This document shows, one piece after another, positions 1-8,522 of a stretch of DNA of 64,000 bases. Position 1 is the first letter of the stretch, and each line of letters starts with the position of its first letter. Source of the DNA: Candidatus Latescibacterota bacterium (GTDB taxonomy: Bacteria > Latescibacterota > UBA2968 > GCA-2709665). The DNA is taken from NCBI GenBank assembly GCA_963662665.2, contig CAXXJS010000040.1, positions 288,001 through 352,000 of the forward strand, written 5' to 3'. The notes under the pieces are model-generated. The model saw only the letters and a list, made by a program, of their open reading frames with translations, did not search any database and had not been told where the DNA came from. The position numbers and the translations under genes were made by a program.

Positions 1-1
1 T

Positions 2-325
2 GAGGAGACCTTTCACGAGCTTGGTTTGCCTGCGCCAAGCCACGACAAGTTGCCCGATTTAGTTTTATTTGAAAAAATAAGGAAACGGCTGTTTCTGATT
101 GAGGCCGTCACTTCTCACGGCCCGGTTTCTCCAAAACGCCACTTCGAACTGGAGGAGACGTTCAAAGGCTGCATTGCGAAGCGAATATACGTCAGTGCGT
201 TTCCTGATTTCAACATCTTTAAAAATTTCATCACCGAAATCGCCTGGGAAACGGAAGTCTGGTTATCCGAAATACCTGACCATCTGATTCACTTCAACGG
301 AGACCGATATCTGGCACCCATTTGA
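2..325 (+). CDS. BsuBI/PstI-family type II restriction endonuclease, C-terminal part (5' end outside window)
   Basis: Frame is open from base 2. Motifs HDKLPDLVL...LIEAVTSHGP and EIAWETEVW...PDHLIHFNGDRYL are typical of the BsuBI/PstI C-terminal domain. Confidence 0.85.
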   Translation, partial: EETFHELGLPAPSHDKLPDLVLFEKIRKRLFLIEAVTSHGPVSPKRHFELEETFKGCIAKRIYVSAFPDFNIFKNFITEIAWETEVWLSEIPDHLIHFNGDRYLAPI

Positions 326-626
326 GACCGTCTAGAGCTCTCCCAAGTGTCTATCCAGTCCACAGGCTTTTAGATAGTAATTCGTAGAAATGTACCACCC
401 AGCTTGTTGCAAAATATGTCGTGAGCAGACTGGTCAAACACCATTACTGACTGGGTGGACATTTCGGTGCTGGCACTGCCCCCGCTCTGGCAGCTTCGGA
501 ACTAGGCCAGATCCACTCCAGTTTCCTGTGGAGACAGCTACAAACGTCGCCTACCTTCCTCCACCGTCTTCAGTTCTTGTTCTCGCCGCCATCCTTTGCT
601 TGCCTCGCCACACTCTCCCTCTCCGG

Positions 627-1329
627 TCAGGCATTCACCTCTCGACACTGAACCAGTACCTGGAACAGAACGATGGGACGGATGTACTCGACGTCATCCC
701 GAGCCCTTTCTGACAACGCGGCGCGGGCGGCTACGGCCCCGTTTTCCAACATCTCCAGGCCCGTTGAGGTCCGTCGCACCCCAGAGAAATGCGGTTCCAT
801 TTGCTCGTTGTGCGCGTAGACCTTGCGTCCCTCGGTGCTCTTCACCCTCAGCGTCTGGATGGTGCCAATTACAATGCAGCACTGATAGCGGATATCGTGC
901 GGTCGGATGTGCGTGAAATCCGCAATGTCAAATGTCCGCACCCTACCTTCAAAGGCCTCGTCCAACACCTGTCGATAAGCATGGCTGGGGCTTTTCAGCG
1001 CGTCGACGGTCTGCCTACGAATGGTATTCGTCGGTACCAGCCAAACACCAGTGGATAGTCCTTCTCAACCCACGCATTGCGCACAACGGATACGGCATGA
1101 GCGGCAAGGATGGTTTTGCCACCGCCTGTGGGAAGGCACAGGCAGACGTAGGGAACGTCCGGCAATTCTATTAACGGCACATCAGCTCCGGCGTAGCCCC
1201 CAGCCGCCCGGCCTGTTCCGGTTCTCTTGTAATCGCCTCGTAGGCGTTCTTGGGTCCGGCTACTCGCGTTTCATCAAAAAATCGGCGCAGAACGGAGAGC
1301 GTGTCGGCTTGATATCGTTTCAGCGGCAT
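627..1329 (-). pseudogene. Type III restriction Res subunit (helicase), fragmented and truncated
   Basis: ATG at 1329 gives MPLKRYQADTLSVLRRFF. After a frameshift (~1195) comes VPYVCLCLPTGGGKT (Walker A), after another (~1045) LVPTNTIRRQT...GRKVYAHNEQMEPHF. This joins directly to YIRPIVLFQ with no DEAH motif; similarity ends near 660. Confidence 0.85.
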
Positions 1330-1351
1330 GGATCGGGTCCGTTAACTCCCT

Positions 1352-1885
1352 TTATGACAAGGACGAGTCTGGCAGCGTGGCGTCTTCTTCAAGGCCGAGG
1401 TCGTACAGCAGAAACCTTGCTTTGTCGATCCGTCCACCCGTCGCTTTGAGAGGCTTGCGCATTTTCAACTCTTCGATGGCCCGCTCAGCGTATCCCTCTT
1501 TCATCAGATAGACAATGGCAGCCGCGAGCTCCAAAACGGTATCCGATGCCTCCGCCATCTTCCGTAATCGTTCACGGGCATCGGTAGCCGAAAGCTCACC
1601 CAGGTTGTCCGGATCGTCATCAGACTCTTTCTGTTTGAAACTCAGATACGAGACATCGTACCGGCCGAGCTTTTCCTCGATTTCAATCCGACCTTCGGCC
1701 TGTGCGTCCTCCCATCCCTCGGCAAGCTCGAAGGAATAAGGACCGCTATAGTGATACGCAAACGAGAGCTCAAATTTCGCCCCGCAACGATCCAGAAGGT
1801 AGGCTTCTCTCTGCAGCCGTGTCTGGCCGTTCAGTTCCCGTCCATTCAGTTTTACCAAATTGACCACGACGTCTCTGGCATTCAT
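1352..1885 (-). CDS. YwgA-like protein (SocA/Panacea-related antitoxin-like fold)
   Basis: GQTRLQREAYLL...FAYHYSGPYSFEL and LELAAAIVYL match the G-R-x-R-L-Q-K...YGPYS...LEL pattern. ATGA overlap with the upstream HD gene. Confidence 0.7.
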   Translation of the reverse strand: MNARDVVVNLVKLNGRELNGQTRLQREAYLLDRCGAKFELSFAYHYSGPYSFELAEGWEDAQAEGRIEIEEKLGRYDVSYLSFKQKESDDDPDNLGELSATDARERLRKMAEASDTVLELAAAIVYLMKEGYAERAIEELKMRKPLKATGGRIDKARFLLYDLGLEEDATLPDSSLS

Positions 1886-3234
1886 GGATTGACCTCCTTC
1901 AAAACTTGACTGATTTCCTCTATCTGGCTTTGTTCCGGTGCGTAAACCCGCTGAATACGCTCCGCGTCACGAAGCGCAGGGACGATTGAGGACACATTGG
2001 CAATGTCCTTCGGTTCTTGATCCTCGGCGCGTGTTTTCACCAAAACTTTATTTAGTGCCGACGAATCGTCAAAATCGTACCATCTGTAGAACACGACCTC
2101 CGCGTCGTCTAATAGAAGGCTGTCATATTCCTTGTAATCGGCTCTCAATTTACGCCGGGAGCGAGTGTATAGATTGCCCTGTGGCTTGTCCCGAATGCCT
2201 ATATCGAAACACTTGTAAAGCCGCCGGTCACGCAGACGGCTTGCCAACTCAGCAATGTTAGTTTGGGATGAAGAAGCAAGAGCCGCCACGGTGGCCCAAA
2301 CTGAGGCATCGTCGAGCTTGAGATACGAACTCAACGAAGACGATTCGGACATAAAGAAATTTAACACTGGATCCTGTTGTACCAATTTATCCTCTCGTAG
2401 ATCCTTCGTGCAGATCCTCAGCAGAGCCTCGAACATTTTCTCAGCGCACCTCGTAGTCTTGTGCATATAGACCGCTTTGTAGAGGCGGAAACGGGCTTCC
2501 AGGTACTCCTCCGCGACCTGCACACCCTTGAGATTGAGATACAGACACTGCACTTCGACCGGTCCATCCATATCAATAGTAACCGGACCGGCCTCAAGGC
2601 AATCAAGCAACCAGCTACAATCGAGATGCGCGAACTCGACTCCAGTCATCAGGCGGTCCCGCTGCAGGTAGTCGAGCCGGTCGGCGTCGAACTGACTGGA
2701 AACAATGGTGGCGTAGATGTCCTTCGGCTCTTCCTCCTTTATAAGCGCGCTGATGTCCTTCGGCAGCCTCGTGTCCACCTCTTGCAATATGCTCTTGACC
2801 TCCGTATCGCCCTGGAGGATCTCCGCACTCCAATCCTCATGGCGTTTGCCCCCGCCGGTCGCCAGAGCCGCGTGTTCGAAGACATGGCTCAATGGACCAT
2901 GCCCGATATCGTGCAGTAGTGCGGCCAACAGCGCCACCCTTGTTCTATCCTCGTCAAACTCCTGGTTCTTTAGACGGCGTCTGATTACGTCAACGATTCG
3001 ACGCGCAATGTGATAGACGCCGACAGCGTGTGCAAAACGGCTATGTGTCGCGCCGGGATATACCAGGTCGGAGAAACCCAAATGACGGATTCGGCGTAGG
3101 CGTTGGAACTCGGGTGTATTGAGCAAACGCCACGCGATCTGGTCCGTCTCATTTTGGGCTTTGTCGTTTCCGTCCCCGAACACAATCAGCCCATGGACCG
3201 GGTCGCGGATGCGCCATGTATTTCTATCGTTCAT
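1882..3234 (-). CDS. HD-domain phosphohydrolase, YwfO/SAMHD1-like (putative dNTP triphosphohydrolase)
   Basis: IRDPVHG, FQRLRRIRHLG, YPGATHSRFAH, ALLHDIGHGPLSH, DADRLDYLQRD, VYMHKT. GGAGG Shine-Dalgarno (SD) before the ATG. Confidence 0.9.
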   Translation of the reverse strand: MNDRNTWRIRDPVHGLIVFGDGNDKAQNETDQIAWRLLNTPEFQRLRRIRHLGFSDLVYPGATHSRFAHAVGVYHIARRIVDVIRRRLKNQEFDEDRTRVALLAALLHDIGHGPLSHVFEHAALATGGGKRHEDWSAEILQGDTEVKSILQEVDTRLPKDISALIKEEEPKDIYATIVSSQFDADRLDYLQRDRLMTGVEFAHLDCSWLLDCLEAGPVTIDMDGPVEVQCLYLNLKGVQVAEEYLEARFRLYKAVYMHKTTRCAEKMFEALLRICTKDLREDKLVQQDPVLNFFMSESSSLSSYLKLDDASVWATVAALASSSQTNIAELASRLRDRRLYKCFDIGIRDKPQGNLYTRSRRKLRADYKEYDSLLLDDAEVVFYRWYDFDDSSALNKVLVKTRAEDQEPKDIANVSSIVPALRDAERIQRVYAPEQSQIEEISQVLKEVNP

Positions 3235-3313
3235 GCAGCCTCCGCTTGAACGCTCGCATATTTTCGTCGGTGTGACGACGATTATGAACCCCGCCCAAGC
3301 GCGAGATCCCCAT

Positions 3314-4375
3314 TTAATTCCTGGTCTTCACGTCGTAGGTTGTCTGCTTGAAGACGATGCCCTCACGGTCGAGTGTTGACGGCGTCAAGCGCGACTGCTC
3401 GCCATTTACCGTCAGCGTACCATCGAAACCCGCATCCTTTCGCGCAATCTCTCTACGAATAATCGGCAGAGTCTTTCGGGTCAAGACATTGCCGTGGCCC
3501 GGTTGCGCGTCGCCGACGATGCCGTTTGTACAGCAGGGCAAAGGCGCGACCATCGTGCAGACCGAGGAATGGAGAGTCTCTGTTCCCGTCCCACGCACGC
3601 CCGGTCTCGCTGAAATAGACGTGGGCGGCCAGCACGGAAAATCGGATATTCGAGCAAATATGCCCTTCCTCGTCGAACACGGGCGGACCGAGGCGATAGA
3701 ACCGAAACCCGCCGCCCTGCTCGCCGTCGATAACTTTCCGCAACCGCGGGACACAATGTGTCATAGCGTGCTTACCCAAAAACGATGGCAGCGGTTACAC
3801 AGTCACAAACTCATTGAACTCGTCCTCCAGGGCGTTGAATTTCAGGACGGAGACATCAAAGCCGCCGCTTAGTCCATCAGGATGCGCTCGCTACCATCCA
3901 CAACATTTGACAATATACGCGGTTCGGATTATTCCGGGAGATGTCGATCATTTTTCGGGTCTCTTGACCTACGCCATCATAAGCCGGCGGGACCGGCTGA
4001 ACCACCCTGTCTGCATTGTCTAGCACGAATTCGTTAAGGTGAATTACTATAGTACCCGTCGGCGCGAGCAAGTCACGTAACAACTCAAGGCGGGCGTACA
4101 TCATACCAAGCCAAATTGAGTGTTCGACATTGTCATCATAATGCTGAAACGCCTGACCCGTGTTAAATGGCGGGTCTATGTAAATACATTTCACTTGACC
4201 TGCATTGAACGGAAGCAGCGCCTTCAGTGCTTCCAGATTGTCCCCCTGGATGAACATGTTACCGTCGTCCAATTCGCAGGTGGAAAGGTCGGGGGCTTCT
4301 TCCAACAGCCGAAAGGGTACCCGCGCGGCAGCCTGGATGTCGGCCTCTCGTGTCAACCAGTTCAAGGGTTGGCAT
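3314..4375 (-). pseudogene. Type III R-M Mod subunit (N6-adenine methyltransferase), fragmented
   Basis: N-terminal IQGDNLEALKALLP...VKCIYIDPPFNTG (motif IV). C-terminal THCVPRLRKVIDGEQGGGFRFYRLG...GIVFKQTTYDVK. Frameshifts near 4366 and 3525, internal deletions, no FxGxG motif, IS remnant inside. Confidence 0.85.
3776..3918 (+). mobile_element. IS256-family remnant (transposase C-terminus and right end)
   Basis: QKRWQRLHSHKLIELVLQGVEFQDGDIKAAA* (stop at 3872) resembles IS256 transposase C-termini. It is followed by CACAACATTTGACAATAT, resembling an IS256-type terminal repeat. Confidence 0.65.
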
Positions 4376-5628
4376 CAGCTATCGTCCTCCTGAATTCCCG
4401 ACATCGCTTCGTCGTATTCCGCAATCCATTCTTCGGCTTCTTCCTCAGTGTAGGCCCCGGTAAAGATATGGCTGAATCCCGTCGGCAGTTCATTGCTTTC
4501 CGGCGCGATTATATGCGATTCCAGTTTCCTTCGTAACTTTTTTGCTTTTTCGTTAGACAAGCCTTCGACCAGGGAGTCCACCTCTTCTCGACTCAGTCCC
4601 CCTGCGAATACTATTCCCGACAGATCGGTTTCTTTGTCAATCTGCTGACGGATGCGATCAGCAAATGCGTCAGGGGCTATCGCACTATTGACACCTTCCA
4701 AATGGGCATGTGAGAGATCGGCCCCTTGTAATTTCACACCGCCAAGCCAGGCACCTTGCAAACATGTATGATAAAGCCTGGCGCCCTGCATCTGCGCGCT
4801 GAAAAGCTCGGCCCCATGTAGACACGCCCGGAAAAGCTGAGCCCCCTGCATGTGCGCCTCAATAAAATCAGCCGCCTGCAGGTGTGCCACTTCAAGATTA
4901 GCCCCTTGCAGACGGGCCTTACAAAAATTGGCTTTTTGCAGGTGTGCCTTATAGAAAATGGTGCCTTGCAGATACGCATTGGCCAAGACAGCCTTTTCCA
5001 AATGCGCTCCCCTGATATCTGCACCGTTCAGCCAACTTCCCTGCAAGTTGACGTGGAGACGTTTGAAAACTTCGTGCCGTTGTACGAACAACAACGTCAA
5101 CAGGCTTTGTACTTCTTCCGAGGGGTTCGAACTTTGCTTTTCGCGATACGCATCTTCGCCTGTCGTCTGCCGAATATGTGCGCAAAGAATGTCCAGCACG
5201 GTCTGTCGCAACGCCTCGGTATCTTCCGCCAAATGAAACAGTTCGTATGCTCCTCCAAGGCGAACAGAGTCAGACTCATGTCCGAGGTGTTCGATGGCGT
5301 TCTTCATTCGCTCCTGACGCTGTCCCTCCTCCGTCTTAAGCACGGCGCTGGCTTGGGTATTGGCGGTTTCCTCCATCGCTTTAGCCCGTTTGTAGGACAT
5401 CAGTGCTTGCAATGCGACAAGAACGCCTCCCATACCAATTCCCACGAACTTTAGTGCCTCGTGTTTTGTTTCCTCCCCTTCGGCTAATCCCAGCAACTCG
5501 AAAATCCACTGGGGCTCCCTGGACCACATTGCGATGGCGAATACCGAGATCATCACGACCAAAAGTGCAACTAATCCGGTCTGGAATATCGAAAAGAGGT
5601 TCCGCCTAATCGTATAGTGAAACTTCAT
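4375..5628 (-). CDS. Membrane-anchored pentapeptide-repeat protein (paralogue 3)
   Basis: Two N-terminal hydrophobic helices, ERMKNAIEHLG...VRLGGAYELFHLA, then A(H/Y/R)L(Q/E)G repeats and C-terminal GAYTEEEAEEWIAEY. Confidence 0.9.
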   Translation of the reverse strand: MKFHYTIRRNLFSIFQTGLVALLVVMISVFAIAMWSREPQWIFELLGLAEGEETKHEALKFVGIGMGGVLVALQALMSYKRAKAMEETANTQASAVLKTEEGQRQERMKNAIEHLGHESDSVRLGGAYELFHLAEDTEALRQTVLDILCAHIRQTTGEDAYREKQSSNPSEEVQSLLTLLFVQRHEVFKRLHVNLQGSWLNGADIRGAHLEKAVLANAYLQGTIFYKAHLQKANFCKARLQGANLEVAHLQAADFIEAHMQGAQLFRACLHGAELFSAQMQGARLYHTCLQGAWLGGVKLQGADLSHAHLEGVNSAIAPDAFADRIRQQIDKETDLSGIVFAGGLSREEVDSLVEGLSNEKAKKLRRKLESHIIAPESNELPTGFSHIFTGAYTEEEAEEWIAEYDEAMSGIQEDDS

Positions 5629-5721
5629 CGCTTTTCCTCAGAAACGAACAGTCCGAATTCCGAAGGAACCGCCGCTTAAGCTAGATTACCGCGTCCCGGA
5701 TCAATCAGATCTGGTTCTGCA

Positions 5722-7076
5722 TCAGCCTTCGTTCTCCGACGCCTCTCCCGTCGCTTCTTCATATTCGTCGATCCATTTCTCAGCTTCTTCTTCGGCATAG
5801 GATCCTATCATGGCGCCGCTATCTTTCGGCAAATCATTGTTCGCCGGCCTGCCAACATGACTGATCATTTTCTTTCGTAACTCAACTTCCGCCTGTTGTA
5901 GCTCATCTTCCTTGTAGAGCAAACCGCCTGCTTCTTCTCTCGGAAAGTTACTCAAAAAGGAGTCGACATGCTTTTGGCACACACCTCCTTCGAAAATCAC
6001 AGAAGACAAATCACTTTTTCGTTCGATCGCGTGCCTTATCTGTTGTGAGTACGATCTATCTAAATCAACCTCGCGTTGGATCCCGTGCAGCTGTGCATGC
6101 TTAAGTACGGCTCCTTGTAGCTGCACGTCCATAAGAACGGTTCCCTGCAATTGTGCCTTAGCGAGATTAACCCCTTGCATCTGTGCATACAAGAAAACTG
6201 CCCCGCGCAGCTGTGACTGGCCAAGATTAGCTCCTTGTAACCGAACTTCGTAGGTATGGACACCATTCAATTCTGCTTTTTCCAAATAAGCTCCGCGCAT
6301 CTGCGTACAATAGAGCACAACACCATTTAGTTTCGCACTAGATAAATTAGCTCCCTCAAGATGCGCCTCGTACATGTGGGCTTGAGTTAAGTTCGCATAT
6401 GCTAAACCGGCTCCGTTCAGCCAGCTTCCATTAAGGTTGATATGGAGTCCCTCGAATAATTCTGTCTCGCTTCCGAATAACAAATCCAATATACCTTGTA
6501 CTTCCGGTGAGGGCTTAGACGTGTGCTTTTCCCTATATCCGATTTCGCCAGTCTTATGGCGAATGTGAGAGCAAAGAATATCCAATACTGTCTGTTGTAA
6601 ATGTATGGCTTCATCCGCTGAAGTAGTGTCTCTCGCCAGATGAAATAGCTCGTACGCCCCTCCCAGTCGCACGGATTCGGAATCATGCCCGGAGATGTTC
6701 AATTGCGTTTTTCATGCGCTCCTGACGCTGTCCTTTTTCCACGTGTGCGACAGTATCCTCCACGGCTTGTGCTCGTCTTTGGGTAGCCAGAGCCTGAAGG
6801 GCAACTAGAATTCCACCCATAGCAATTCCAACGAATTTCAGGATTTCCGCCTTTCCGGACAGGCTCCTAGCAAGAAAGTCACGTGCTCCTCGATATTTAC
6901 GGAAAACACTACACCCACAAATACCGTGAATCCTCCAACAAGCAGGAATATGAGGAGGAGTTGAAACAATAGGAAGAGGTAGTGTGTAAACTTAGCATAA
7001 AAACCCATCTCGAATTCCCTCCAATTGTTGTCAGGGTCTTTTGCCAAAAACGATGGCTTTCCGATTTCTTAACCAT
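5722..7076 (-). pseudogene. Membrane-anchored pentapeptide-repeat protein (paralogue 2), frameshifted in its 5' part
   Basis: ATG at 7076 overlaps the upstream TGA. TM fragment 6838-7047, then ILKFVGIAMGGILVALQAL...GQRQERMKNAIEHL in a second frame, then a frameshift near 6693 into 5722-6702 (GHDSESVRLGG, repeats, SYAEEEAEKWIDEY). Confidence 0.8.
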
Positions 7077-8338
7077 CAGCTCTCATCCTCCCCCGCCTCT
7101 CCCGTCGCTTCCTTGTATTCCGCAATCCACTTCTCGGCTTCTTCTTCGGTGTAGGCGCCGATAACCGCGCCGCTTTGTTCAGGAAGTTCGTAGGTCCTGC
7201 CCTTGCCGACGTGGGGCGTCAGCTTTTCCCTTAACGCGTTTGCCGTTTCGTGGTACATCCCATCCAGAACCGATTCCACCTCCTCCAACGTCAATCCGCC
7301 GCCGAAGACGGCCCCGCTCAGGTCGGTCTCCTCACCGATTGACTGCGTCACCCGCTGAGCAAAGGAATCGGGGTAATCAACGTGACTCCTCACGCCCTGA
7401 AGCTGCGCGTCATTGAGGTCCGCCCCCTGCAGATTCGCTCCCACGATAAAGGCGCCCTGCAGATGCGTCCGGGAAAGCGAGGCGCCACGCAACATCGACC
7501 GCGCAAGGTCGGCCCCCTGCAGATTCGCCCTGGAAAGGCCCGCGGCGTCGAGGCGCGCGCCGACCAGGTCCGCTCCCTGAAGCCTCGCCCAGGAGAGACC
7601 GGCCACCTGCAGATGCGCCCATGACAGGTCCGCGCCCTGGAGCTGCGCGCCCACAAGGTCCGCGCCCTGAAGCCTCGCCTCCGCAAGATTGGCTCCGCAA
7701 AGGTACGCGGTGCATAGCGTCGCACCGTTCAACCAGCTTCCCTGCAGGTCGATGCGAAGGCCTTTCCAGATTCCGTCGGGCGAGGTGAACAGCAGGTTCA
7801 GCAGGCCCTGGACCTCCTCCGATGGTGTCGACATGTACCTTCTACGATACGTGTCCTGGCCCGTGGTGCGTCGGATGTGCGCGCAAAGAATGTCCAGCGC
7901 CGGCTGGCGCAATATTTCGGTATCCTGCGCGAGGTGGAAAAGTTCGTAGGCGCCGCCCTGGCGCACCGCCGCCGAGTCGTGGCCAAGGTGTTCCACTCCG
8001 TTATGGAGGCGTTCATGCCGCCGCCCCACTTCGGCGTCTCGGCTGGCCCGCGCCTGCTCCATTGCTGCCCTGGCCTGCTCGCCCGCAGCGTCGGCCTGCG
8101 CTCTCGCGACGCCCTCCAGTTCTCGAGCGCGTTTATGGGATATCAGGGCGTTCAGGGCTACCACGATACCTGCCGAGCCGATCCCCAGGAATTTGAGTGC
8201 TTCGGAATTCCGGTATAGACCCAGAAGCGCGGATAAATAAATCCCGAAGGACGGGAATAACAGGAGGTACAACAGCGCCGCCAACGCAATGACGAGCAGG
8301 GCAACCAGAACCGTCTGCAAGATCAGAAAGTGATTCAT
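7076..8338 (-). CDS. Membrane-anchored pentapeptide-repeat protein (paralogue 1)
   Basis: ATG at 8338 with GGAGG SD. TM helices, GVEHLGHDSAAVRQGGAYELFHLA, ARLQG/ADLxG repeats, GAYTEEEAEKWIAEY. Confidence 0.9.
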   Translation of the reverse strand: MNHFLILQTVLVALLVIALAALLYLLLFPSFGIYLSALLGLYRNSEALKFLGIGSAGIVVALNALISHKRARELEGVARAQADAAGEQARAAMEQARASRDAEVGRRHERLHNGVEHLGHDSAAVRQGGAYELFHLAQDTEILRQPALDILCAHIRRTTGQDTYRRRYMSTPSEEVQGLLNLLFTSPDGIWKGLRIDLQGSWLNGATLCTAYLCGANLAEARLQGADLVGAQLQGADLSWAHLQVAGLSWARLQGADLVGARLDAAGLSRANLQGADLARSMLRGASLSRTHLQGAFIVGANLQGADLNDAQLQGVRSHVDYPDSFAQRVTQSIGEETDLSGAVFGGGLTLEEVESVLDGMYHETANALREKLTPHVGKGRTYELPEQSGAVIGAYTEEEAEKWIAEYKEATGEAGEDES

Positions 8339-8522
8339 CGGACCCTCCGGATATGGTGTCAACGTTTACAATCAGGAATCAATGGTCTGCCGGCGCCTGC
8401 AATATACGCATTGCCGCCACCGCACGTCAGATGTTACGTGCAACCTGAAATATCCCGCCACACCCCTGCTTTGGCAAACACATTCGTGCCGCCGGGCTTT
8501 CCCGATTCGCAACCTAACGATT

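Noticed and set aside
326-660. ORF 390-713 and other short frames between the type II nuclease and the res remnant
   Set aside because: No recognisable motif or SD; probably junction debris that I could not assign.
4375-8338. Pentapeptide DNA repeats as a CRISPR array or DGR template/variable repeats
   Set aside because: The periodicity is 15/30-nt coding repeats without unique spacers. There is no cas gene, reverse transcriptase or adenine-specific mismatch pair.
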